From Promethearchaeati archaeon (GTDB lineage: Archaea; Asgardarchaeota; Heimdallarchaeia; Heimdallarchaeales; Heimdallarchaeaceae), in contig JABLTJ010000007.1 in assembly GCA_013166775.1 (NCBI GenBank), forward strand, positions 64,001 through 128,000: 64,000 bases of DNA. The letters run 5' to 3'. The notes beneath the pieces were generated by a model, which saw nothing but the letters and a program-made list of their open reading frames with translations, had not been told where the DNA came from and did not search any database. Below are positions 20,791 to 29,625 of the stretch, piece after piece. Both the position numbers and the translations under genes were made by a program. Position 1 is the stretch's first letter. The number at the start of each line of letters is the position of its first letter.

Positions 20791-22155
20791 TTAATGCAAA
20801 TATTTCACAATAAAATTACATTTTGCTGCGAGTTCTATTGCTTTTTTGATGAAACTTTCTGGAAATGGAGCATGTTGAATAAATTCTAGAAGTTTAGATT
20901 TTGCTTCATCTTTTCCTTGTAAAGCAAAAGAAGTTATGATGAATGACATAGATACTAATTTTCTTAATTCATGAAATATCATTACTGAAGCAGTTTCTAT
21001 ATCTTCACTCTTTTTAGTTTCTAAGATATTCAAGAAGTAAGTACTATCAAATTCACCATCAACAAATCCTGTGTTTAGGTTCATGATAGCTGCATTAGAT
21101 TCAATAGAATTTATTAATGAATGTTTTTCAAATACCTCAGCAGACATTCCACAAATCTTTGTTGCAGTGTTACATCTTCTCTCTTTTTCAATATCTTCTA
21201 ATGTTGTCCAGTCATGGAAATTGATAGAGAAATGTTGAGTAAAAACAGAGAGAATATCAATAATCAAGCGAACAGTTGATCTAGCTCCAATCACATAGAC
21301 AGGTCTACCGGTAATAACTGAATAGATTGCTTTTCCAAGACCTTCTTCTATTACATTTGCTAGAAATGAGAGAGAGATATCTTCAGTATCAGTTCCAGAA
21401 AAACGGATACCTGAATCTTCTATTTTTTGTAGATTATCAAGAACATCTAAAACATCAGTTATATTCTGATTTGATAGCTGAAGAAGTTTTTCATCTAAAA
21501 TAGGGAAAATTCTAAAAAGAGTGAAATCTAACTCCCGAGGAAACTTTAAGAAACCAATTTCAGTGACATCTTCTTTTCGAGAAATAACAATATAGACAGT
21601 ATATTTTTGTTCAGGTAAAAGAAAAATAATCCCAGATAGATTATCCTGTAATCGGAAGAGATCTATATAATTATGAACCATTGATGCAAGATAGCTAATA
21701 TGAGAACCAGAACCTACTTTGTCAATAATCTCATAACCATCTTCTTTATGTCTTATAGTAATTTTCGAAGGCTCTGCACCAAATATAGGATTTTTGGTAA
21801 AAAACAATTGCAGACTATTAATATCATGGAAACAGTGTTCAAGAATTAGTGCTGCTTCTCCGAAAGATAATGAATTGGGATCTCTCTCTTCTAACAGAGG
21901 AGAAGCACTTAATTTTACCTGTTCTAGAAGTTGTTTAAGTTGTCTTTCTGAAAATGTCTCTTCATCAACAATACTCTCAATAATTATGATAAAATCATGA
22001 GCTCTAACAAATGATACAGTTCTATCATGATAAGAAATAGATTGCAATTCTCTTTGGTGTACTTCCTTTGAAAAGGATATTAAAGCTGTCATTAAACCTG
22101 TAGCAAGAATCTGTTTTGTTTCATCTGATGTTTCAGGTTTAGTTGCTAGTAACAA
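20791..22155 (-). CDS. longin + DENN (folliculin-like) domain protein
   Basis: GLMTALISFSKEV longin helix; second longin-like (uDENN) unit; cDENN-like LGKAIYSVITGRPVYVIG..VRLIIDILSVF; the frame stays open upstream to 22200. Confidence 0.65.
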   Translation of the reverse strand: MLLATKPETSDETKQILATGLMTALISFSKEVHQRELQSISYHDRTVSFVRAHDFIIIIESIVDEETFSERQLKQLLEQVKLSASPLLEERDPNSLSFGEAALILEHCFHDINSLQLFFTKNPIFGAEPSKITIRHKEDGYEIIDKVGSGSHISYLASMVHNYIDLFRLQDNLSGIIFLLPEQKYTVYIVISRKEDVTEIGFLKFPRELDFTLFRIFPILDEKLLQLSNQNITDVLDVLDNLQKIEDSGIRFSGTDTEDISLSFLANVIEEGLGKAIYSVITGRPVYVIGARSTVRLIIDILSVFTQHFSINFHDWTTLEDIEKERRCNTATKICGMSAEVFEKHSLINSIESNAAIMNLNTGFVDGEFDSTYFLNILETKKSEDIETASVMIFHELRKLVSMSFIITSFALQGKDEAKSKLLEFIQHAPFPESFIKKAIELAAKCNFIVKYLH

Positions 22156-22282
22156 TCCTGAAGAAGTTACTAAAGAGAGTTTTACGTCAAAAATTAACTT
22201 TCACTTTGTTAAGTTGTATAAGTAAATTTCTTTTTGTATACTTTTCTTAAAATAGATGTAACAGATAAAATAAGAGAGAAAG

Positions 22283-22455
22283 TTATCTAAGCTTTTTCTC
22301 TTGATTTCTTTTGTCACGGATTTCATCCATGATTTCTGTTGTGAGAGTTGTAACTCCTCTTTTCTTAGCTTCTTCTACAATCATCGTCATTGCTTTTTTC
22401 AAGAAGACTCTAGGAATAGCTACAATTTTTACACAACTTCGTAAGTCCAGTAAAT
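22283..22455 (-). pseudogene. remnant of a PCP_red-like (BchB C-terminal) small domain
   Basis: WTYEVV* then frameshift into KIVAIPRVFLKKAMTMIVEEAKKRGVTTLTTEIMDEIR; matches the W..eA...iP.f......e..A...G...iT.e.m pattern. Confidence 0.5.
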
Positions 22456-22491
22456 CTATGGATTTTTTCTATCAGTTTGATATCTTACATC

Positions 22492-22922
22492 TTAATTATA
22501 ACGGATGTTCAAAAGTGAAATCGAAGCCAGAATGGTAATAAATATTCCAAACTACATATTAAGAGTCAATGTAAATGAAAGAGGAATCAACTCTCTTCTT
22601 ATTTTTGATAACCTACTGAACTTAGAAACGAAGACAAATAGAAGAAGAATTCTAATCAAAGCTATAATCTCAGCTATAGCTCCAATTGAAATACCAAAAT
22701 AGAAAGCTAAAATATCAAAATCTCCTTCTCTATGATAATCAATAAAAACTCCAAGAAGAAAGATAAATAGTGAAATTATAGAGATAGAAATAAAGATACC
22801 AAACAGATTGGAGTTCACACTTATTTTCTTCCCAAAATTAACAGGAACTTTGTTTTTTGGAGTTTTATCTTCTTCTCGAAGTTTAACATTCTTCGAGTTT
22901 TTTTTATTTCACTCTTATTCAA
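22492..22922 (-). pseudogene. small membrane protein, apparently disrupted
   Basis: ORF 22552-22818 ends at a TAG mid-TM helix that continues FGIFITILASISLLNIRYN*; a candidate TTG start at 22922 is out of frame by 1 nt across an A8 run. Confidence 0.45.
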
Positions 22923-23077
22923 TCAGACAGCATACAAATATTGAATCAAATGTAAAATCTAATTTATTAGTAGTAAAAATTTTGAGGAAGAGGAAATCTC
23001 TTGACGTTAAGATAGTTTTATAAATACTTTTACAAGAAAATATTGTAGTTTAAAAATAAATTTAAACCAAAGATTAG

Positions 23078-24505
23078 GTGGAAAGTATGAACAGCGATTA
23101 TATTTTTGATCTTCTTCACGAAGCAGTTGAAGAAGGAGAGAAGAATGGAGCAAAGTTTGTGGAAGCTAGATTTGATGATTATCAGATCAATACTATTGAT
23201 CTAACTAATGATATTATCAAGGAATCTTCCTCCAAACGAAGAAGAGGAACGGGAGTGATGGCATACTACAATGGTACACCAGGTTACTCATTTACTCCTG
23301 AGGTAAACTCAGAAGGAGTTAAAGCAGCTGCAAATAGAGCTGCTAAATTAGCTATAACTGCAGATCCTAGAAATAGAATGAAAATGGAGTTTATTGAACG
23401 TCCAGCAATAAAAGATAAAGCAGTTCCAATAATAAAGAAGCATCCAAAAGATTACGAGTTTCAAGACAAACTCGAATTGTTAAAACGTGGAACAATAGCA
23501 ATCAAAGAGAATGTTGATGCAACAACAATCCAAGGGCAATATGGAGAATTCTATGGTGAGAAATACTTTGTTAATTCTGAAGGTTCAGAAATTTATTGGG
23601 TACCAATTGTTGTAGATATGAGAGTAAGAGCAGATATTGTTGAGAATGGAAAACGTGCAACAGCAATGGATGGAATGGGACAATCTCAAGGATTAGAGTT
23701 TTTTGATCAAGAGAGAAATAGTCCAGAAGTTGTTGGAGCTAATGCAGGTAAATGGTGTAAAGAACAATTAGATGTTGTTTCAGCACCAACAGGTAAGCAA
23801 AAAGTATTAGCTGGTTCAACCTTAGGAGGAGTAATAGTTCATGAAAGTTTTGGACATCTGTCGGAAGCTGATTTTGTAGTTACAGGGATGAGTCCTATAG
23901 CTGATAGATTAGGAGAAAAACTTGGAAATGATCTTGTAACAATAATCGATGAAGGAGTAACTCCATATGGTGGTTGGTTCTTCCCTTATGATGATCAAGG
24001 AACTAAAGCTGGTCGAACTGTAATAGTAGAAAATGGAATCCTGAAGGGATACTTACATGACAGAGGAACAGCACAAAAAATGAACACTGAACCTACTGCG
24101 AATAGTAGAGCTTTAAGTTTTATGTTCCCAAGTATATGTAGAATGAAGAATACATATTTTGAAAAGGGTGATCTCACGGAAGAAGAAGCTATAGAAATGG
24201 TAGGTGATGGGATATATGCAATAAGCTGGAGAGGAGGAACAGCGAGTTTCGATGGTAATTTCCTCTTTAATTGCAGCAGAGGATACTTGATAGAGAAGGG
24301 AGAAGTGACAAAACCTATCAAAACAGCATCATTATCAGGAAATGTTCTCGAGCTACTAAAACATGTAGAAGGAACAACAAAGAATATGATTTTGCGAGGA
24401 AACTTCTTTGGGGGCTGTGGGAAGGGAGAACAGTTTCCGCTACCTGTAGGGATGGGTGGTCCTGAAGTAGTGATGGACCAAGTTCTAGTTGGAGGTGCTC
24501 AATAA
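23078..24505 (+). CDS. tldD: TldD metalloprotease subunit
   Basis: HESFGH (HExxxH), YDDQG, RMKNTY, CGKGEQ...PVGMGGP. Confidence 0.92.
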   Translation: MESMNSDYIFDLLHEAVEEGEKNGAKFVEARFDDYQINTIDLTNDIIKESSSKRRRGTGVMAYYNGTPGYSFTPEVNSEGVKAAANRAAKLAITADPRNRMKMEFIERPAIKDKAVPIIKKHPKDYEFQDKLELLKRGTIAIKENVDATTIQGQYGEFYGEKYFVNSEGSEIYWVPIVVDMRVRADIVENGKRATAMDGMGQSQGLEFFDQERNSPEVVGANAGKWCKEQLDVVSAPTGKQKVLAGSTLGGVIVHESFGHLSEADFVVTGMSPIADRLGEKLGNDLVTIIDEGVTPYGGWFFPYDDQGTKAGRTVIVENGILKGYLHDRGTAQKMNTEPTANSRALSFMFPSICRMKNTYFEKGDLTEEEAIEMVGDGIYAISWRGGTASFDGNFLFNCSRGYLIEKGEVTKPIKTASLSGNVLELLKHVEGTTKNMILRGNFFGGCGKGEQFPLPVGMGGPEVVMDQVLVGGAQ

Positions 24506-25878
24506 TGTCCTTTGATGATTTTCGTGATAAATTACTCAATATTTCTGATTCAGCAATTAAATATTCGAAAGATTTGAGTATACCATCTGCAGAGATTTTC
24601 GTTTTTAGTCAATCTTCAACAGATCTCTCTGATCAAAATGGAAAGATAGATATCAAAGATGGTGTGAAACAAGGAGTAGGTATCCGAGTAGCTATTGGTA
24701 AGAAATTAGGTTTTGCTAGTTGTACAGGATTTGAGGAGGAACCAATAAAAGGTGCATTAAAACAAGCTCATTCATTGGCTAAAGTTAGTCCGGAAAATCC
24801 TTTATTTAATGGTTTTACACCTGATAGTATCAGAGCGAACGAAGGTACACTTGATTCAAGATTGTTTGATGTTGATGCAATTGCTCTAGGTAAAAATATT
24901 GATGAAATCAGCAATCAGATAGATAAAAATGATAAAAGGCTTACATTTACTTATTTTGGTGCGACTGTTAGTATCGAAGGTTATGCTGTAGGTACTACAG
25001 AAGGTTGCCTTTCTTCAACTCTGTCATCTGGTACAGGTTCTTTTGCTTATGTTATTGCAATGGAAGCTGGAGAGAGAAGTACAGGTAGTTGGAGTGAATT
25101 CAGTCGTGGAATCCATTCTTTAGAGGGTATAGGCGAAACTGCTAGTAAAAGAGCATTGAGAGGATTAGGAAAGAAAGATTTTGAGGGAACAGAAATACTT
25201 CCAACAGTTTGGGAATCTAAAACTACTGCTTCATTTCTATTATATCCATTTTTCACAGGAACTTCAGGTTCAGGATATGTTGAGAAGAGAAATCCTTGGG
25301 GAGAAAAATTAGATAAAGAACTCGCAGTTAAAGAGTTGAATGTAATTGATGATGGAATTAATCCTGATTACCTAACTACTCACGCAATAGATACTGAAGG
25401 TACTCCAAGAAGGAAAACAACAATTGTAGAAAATGGTGTTCTGAAATCATTCTTATATAATAGAATGTATGGTCATGCTGTAGGAAAAGAATCAACAGGA
25501 AATGCTAGAAGAGAAGGTGCGGGGGGAACACCTTTTGAAAATGTTCCAAGCTCCGTACCAAATAAAATTATAGTCCAAACTGGAAGTAAAAGCCTAGAAG
25601 ATCAAATAAGCGAAATAGACAAGGGAATTCTAGTACCTACACTACCTTTAGGAATAGAGAATTTCAATCCTATTACTGGAGATTTCAGTAGTTCTTCAAC
25701 TGACTCTTTTCTAATTCTTAAGGGTCAAATAGTTTATCCGATAAAGAATATTACAGTTGCAGGAAACTTTAACGACACATTGATGAATATACAAACCATT
25801 GGATCAGATAGAATTCCAACATCAAATCCTATAGATTCTCCTTCAATGACATTCAGGGGACATACAATAGGCAGTTAA
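24505..25878 (+). CDS. pmbA: TldE/PmbA subunit
   Basis: Translationally coupled to tldD; DTEG, STGNA, NPITGDFS, AGN; lacks HExxxH. Confidence 0.9.
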   Translation: MSFDDFRDKLLNISDSAIKYSKDLSIPSAEIFVFSQSSTDLSDQNGKIDIKDGVKQGVGIRVAIGKKLGFASCTGFEEEPIKGALKQAHSLAKVSPENPLFNGFTPDSIRANEGTLDSRLFDVDAIALGKNIDEISNQIDKNDKRLTFTYFGATVSIEGYAVGTTEGCLSSTLSSGTGSFAYVIAMEAGERSTGSWSEFSRGIHSLEGIGETASKRALRGLGKKDFEGTEILPTVWESKTTASFLLYPFFTGTSGSGYVEKRNPWGEKLDKELAVKELNVIDDGINPDYLTTHAIDTEGTPRRKTTIVENGVLKSFLYNRMYGHAVGKESTGNARREGAGGTPFENVPSSVPNKIIVQTGSKSLEDQISEIDKGILVPTLPLGIENFNPITGDFSSSSTDSFLILKGQIVYPIKNITVAGNFNDTLMNIQTIGSDRIPTSNPIDSPSMTFRGHTIGS

Positions 25879-26053
25879 TTTTCTTAACTGCTTTTCTTAT
25901 TTTTATTCTAATTTTCCACATAATAAAGAAGTTAAGTTTTCATAATGAATTTAACACTTAATGTTTTCTATTAACTACATCTAAAATGGTCTTCAAGTAC
26001 ATAAAAAACCATAATAGGGAATTTAAATCTGAAGGAATTCTGCAATTGCTATT

Positions 26054-26416
26054 TTATTTTGAGGTTTTCCCGCAGTTATTGCATGTTTTTGTACCTGGAT
26101 CCAACTTCATCCCACAAGAATCACAGAATTTTACTTCGGTTGATTTCTCAGAGATTTTTGAATCCTTTCCATTTGCTAAATCTTCACCTTTTGTGATGTC
26201 ATAAGTGCTTCTACGTGTTGGAGAAGTAGTTTGTCCAGTTTTCTTTAAGAAAGTGAATAGACCTATAACACCTAGAATAGCAAAGAATAGAATTATAGCA
26301 AATAGAATGTAGAACACAATCTTCCCGGTTACTATACCTAAAACTAATAATGTTATTAGAACTACAACAAATCCGAACAATACACCATTAAAAGAACGTC
26401 TGCTTCTGATTCTCAT
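26054..26416 (-). CDS. two-TM membrane protein with C-terminal double zinc ribbon
   Basis: Two TM; FCDSCG...CNNCG. Confidence 0.75.
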   Translation of the reverse strand: MRIRSRRSFNGVLFGFVVVLITLLVLGIVTGKIVFYILFAIILFFAILGVIGLFTFLKKTGQTTSPTRRSTYDITKGEDLANGKDSKISEKSTEVKFCDSCGMKLDPGTKTCNNCGKTSK

Positions 26417-26438
26417 TTCTATAATTTGTTTCTTCTAA

Positions 26439-26956
26439 CTAATATAAAGAGTTTTTGACATTTAGGTCTTTATGGAAAATAGACATTTCTTCCCAATTTT
26501 CCTCAATCCCAGTAGCTACAAATCCTTCAATCTCTTTATATCCTCGTTTTCTGCAGATAGTTAAAGCTGCAGAGTTGTATGCATAAAAAATCGTATCTTC
26601 ATGACCTTCTTTTCGCATTAGTTCTTCAAAGAAATCAAAGAATTTTTTTCCATAACCTTTACCACGATGTTCTTGTGTTAACCAGAGTTCATGAAGCTCA
26701 ACAAATTCTTTCTCTCCTCCTAGTAATTGTTCAAGAATTCGTAAATCCTCACTATCTCTTTTATCACCAGGTTTGTGTTCTTTTGATGAACTCTCATGCC
26801 AGATAGCATGTCCAATAATTTGATCATTCTCCAACCATATTATAAGATGTGATGGATTTTTTATACCCAATTTCTTTCAACGTCTCCTTTAGTACCTACT
26901 ACACGTGTTTTATACTCCATAAACTCTTCAATATCCCATCCTACTACAAACTTCAT
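26439..26956 (-). pseudogene. GNAT acetyltransferase split by a -1 frameshift
   Basis: MKFVVGWDIEEF...ERNWV* from ATG 26956 overlaps the frame IKNPSHLIIW...HRGKGYG; frameshift near 26865. Confidence 0.65.
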
Positions 26957-26998
26957 ATGCTAGAAGTTAAAAAAAATATATTTCAATCTTTATTAAAA

Positions 26999-28024
26999 TC
27001 ATTGCTTCAAAGCTCTTATCCAGAGATAAAGATCTTTCTTGCAATTAGGACATTTAGGATTTTTTTCGAGCCATGCTAAGATATGATTTTTATGAGCATA
27101 GACTTCGCAGCAAGGAGTTCGAACAACATCTTCTTTCTCTGAAGGTTTTAAATCCAATAAACAGACACAACAGGTTGGTCTGGAAGCAGTACACTTATCA
27201 CATTTTTCTTCTTTTGTTTCAAATAAATCCCCACATGAATAACAGAGTAATTCTTCAACATCAACTTCTCCATAATCATCAATGGAGATTTCCTGATATA
27301 ATAATCGGATAAGCTCCAATATTTGATAGATCTCATAAGGGGATTTTAATATTCCTGAAACAAACTTTCCATTAAAAGTCACAGATTTGATATTTAATGC
27401 TTGTTTCATAAGAATCGATCGTATATTTTGATTATTTGAAACAGTATCAATTAGAGATGATCGTGTTGAAAAAACATAATACAATGAACTAAATTTCGCA
27501 TTTTCTGTTTCTTTTGTATCTGTTTTTCTTACACTCAAAGCAAAAGGATATGCATTCTTTAGTATAGCATCAATTGTAATTATTTCTGATGATTTTAGAA
27601 CCAAACTGACATTAGCTAGGAAACTAAGCTTATTATCAGGCGGAAAATTAAAAGATACTCTAGGTGGAAATTCATAACTTGCTTGTATGTTAACAGCTCC
27701 TATTGTTTCCAAACTTGGTGTAATAGTTTCACTTAATACATGACTCTTATCAGTTGAAGTGTTTCTGTCTCTTAGTCTTTGAACTAATGCAAAATTCTGT
27801 CTGAAACTCTTTTCTTTTGTCATTCTAAAATACCATCCTGCTCCAAGAAATAGAGGTATGCCTACTATACCTGCTGTAATCATAAGAGTTAATGCATTAA
27901 GATTGGTTATTTTAAAAAGAAAGTAAAAAAGTGTTATAAATCCTCCAAACAAACCAATAACAATTATTATTGCAACTAATGTAGAAAAAGAAGATCTCCA
28001 AGTAGACTTAACAGACATTTCCAA
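26999..28024 (-). CDS. membrane-anchored zinc-ribbon + RING-finger protein (E3 ubiquitin ligase-like)
   Basis: Two N-terminal TM; CYSC...CDKC; RING-like CCVC-x16-CC-x4-H-x2-H-ILAW-x6-CPNC. Confidence 0.8.
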   Translation of the reverse strand: MEMSVKSTWRSSFSTLVAIIIVIGLFGGFITLFYFLFKITNLNALTLMITAGIVGIPLFLGAGWYFRMTKEKSFRQNFALVQRLRDRNTSTDKSHVLSETITPSLETIGAVNIQASYEFPPRVSFNFPPDNKLSFLANVSLVLKSSEIITIDAILKNAYPFALSVRKTDTKETENAKFSSLYYVFSTRSSLIDTVSNNQNIRSILMKQALNIKSVTFNGKFVSGILKSPYEIYQILELIRLLYQEISIDDYGEVDVEELLCYSCGDLFETKEEKCDKCTASRPTCCVCLLDLKPSEKEDVVRTPCCEVYAHKNHILAWLEKNPKCPNCKKDLYLWIRALKQ

Positions 28025-28157
28025 CCTATACTAGTTAATTCAGTATTAAATACATTTCCAAATCCTTGATGTATGTTTTTTCGCAAGTAGTATTCGTTTT
28101 TATATTACGTATAAGAGTCTTATTATTAGACAAATGAAATAAAAAAAGGGGATAAAG

Positions 28158-28667
28158 TTGAAACTTTTAAAAAGTAAAACAACTTTGATTTCTGTTTTTA
28201 TAATTTTGTTACTAGTCTCTACATCAAGTTTTGGAGTACCTAAAGTTCAATATTCTAGTAACACTATATCTATCCTATACGATTCGTCAGATGATATAGC
28301 TAAATACACATCTAAGAAATCATTCAATATCATAGAAAAATATGGGTATCAATCAGTAGAAATCAATCCAATTCATAGTTTAACTGATTTCAAAAAAACA
28401 ATAGCAACAAATCCTTATATCTTAATCTTAATTTTTCATGGAGATAGAAATGGAATTCAAATAGGATCAAAGAAAATAGATTGGGAAGGATTAAGTAAAA
28501 TTCTAAAAAATATCAAAACAAAAAATATCATAATAGAAAGTTGTAGTTCTGATGAAGTAAAAAAATCTATGAATGAAGAAAAATATGAACATATCTTGAG
28601 GGAAGAATTTTTTTACTTTTCTTTTTGTAGATTATTTAATAATCTTTCAAGATATCCTTCAAATTGA
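28158..28667 (+). CDS. secreted caspase/CHAT-like (clan CD) peptidase fragment, probably truncated
   Basis: Signal peptide; ILILIFHG...IIIESCSS His/Cys dyad pattern; 3' end overlaps the convergent marR gene by 55 nt. Confidence 0.5.
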   Translation: MKLLKSKTTLISVFIILLLVSTSSFGVPKVQYSSNTISILYDSSDDIAKYTSKKSFNIIEKYGYQSVEINPIHSLTDFKKTIATNPYILILIFHGDRNGIQIGSKKIDWEGLSKILKNIKTKNIIIESCSSDEVKKSMNEEKYEHILREEFFYFSFCRLFNNLSRYPSN

Positions 28668-29050
28668 TCAATCTCTTCTGAAGAAAAATCTTGATAGAAT
28701 AATTTCGTCATATCTTGTGAAACTGTAAGATACTTATTAGATAGATCTTTGCTTTTTTCAGTTAGAAAGATTAGAATTTTTCTTCTGTCATCCTCTGAAT
28801 GGACTCTTTTAATATGTCCCGACTCATCTAATCTATCTAACATTGATGTTAAAGTAGATTTACCAAGAGCAGTTTTTTGAGATAATTCTGCAATAGAAAT
28901 TCCATCCTTTCTCCATAGTGGGAAGAGGATTCTTCCTTGTGCTGAATTAATATCTATTTCATGATCTGCAAGTAATTTAGTAAAGATTCGATTAGATAAC
29001 TGATGAATCTTTGATATAAGATAGCCACCTTTTCTTTGATGTTTCATCAT
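28613..29050 (-). CDS. MarR family regulator
   Basis: QGRILFPLW, KSTLTSMLDRL, DDRR. Confidence 0.92.
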   Translation of the reverse strand: MMKHQRKGGYLISKIHQLSNRIFTKLLADHEIDINSAQGRILFPLWRKDGISIAELSQKTALGKSTLTSMLDRLDESGHIKRVHSEDDRRKILIFLTEKSKDLSNKYLTVSQDMTKLFYQDFSSEEIDQFEGYLERLLNNLQKEK

Positions 29051-29074
29051 CTACCACTAATATTTTCTATATTA

Positions 29075-29551
29075 TCAATCTAAACTTTCTGGTATAAGAA
29101 AATTAACGTTAATTGGGCTTTTGTAATAATTCCCATATTGTGCAACAAAATGCAATACGGTGTAATCAGGATCATCAGCTCCAAGTGGATAGTATTTTTC
29201 ACAATCGTCATTCCATAACATTTTTCTTGATTCAGAATCTCTTTTGATTTCAATTCTACCTACTAACATTAAACCTTCCCAAGTTTCAAAATCAACAAAA
29301 TATACACAGGATTTATCATTCATCTTAAATTGGTTTACTCTCTTTGAGGAAGTGTTTGTACTAAACCAAATTTCCTTTAAATCATTATATTTTGCATTTA
29401 TCATTGCTTTGATATTTGGAAAACTATCACTACCTATTGAACCTACTAGCGCAATACCACTCCGCTCTACTAATGATCTAGATTTTTCTATAGCTTCTTT
29501 CATTTGCTCTCCTTTTTTCATAATAATCACAACATGTTCTATACAATACAT
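29075..29551 (-). CDS. pyridoxamine 5'-phosphate oxidase-like / general stress protein 26
   Basis: FPNIKAM, IWFSTNTSS, YYPLGADDPDY; true start probably 29503-29521. Confidence 0.85.
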   Translation of the reverse strand: MYCIEHVVIIMKKGEQMKEAIEKSRSLVERSGIALVGSIGSDSFPNIKAMINAKYNDLKEIWFSTNTSSKRVNQFKMNDKSCVYFVDFETWEGLMLVGRIEIKRDSESRKMLWNDDCEKYYPLGADDPDYTVLHFVAQYGNYYKSPINVNFLIPESLD

Positions 29552-29552
29552 T

Positions 29553-29584
29553 ACTATATAGGACTATATTATATCGAACTATAT
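29553..29584. promoter_or_regulatory. ACTATAT x3 direct repeats upstream of the PNPOx-marR operon
   Basis: ACTATAT at 29553, 29563 and 29578. Confidence 0.4.
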
Positions 29585-29625
29585 AAGTTTTTCTCAAAAG
29601 GTAGATAGTTAGAAAGACTCAGACC

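Noticed and set aside
22552-22554. In-frame TAG as pyrrolysine or readthrough
   Set aside because: It lies in a TM helix of a gene with a second lesion, there are no pyl genes in the window, and TAG is used as a normal stop elsewhere.
23078-25878. TldDE as the protease of the putative RiPP system
   Set aside because: It is about 9 kb from the rSAM and TldDE pairs are near-ubiquitous in archaea, so there is no specific link.
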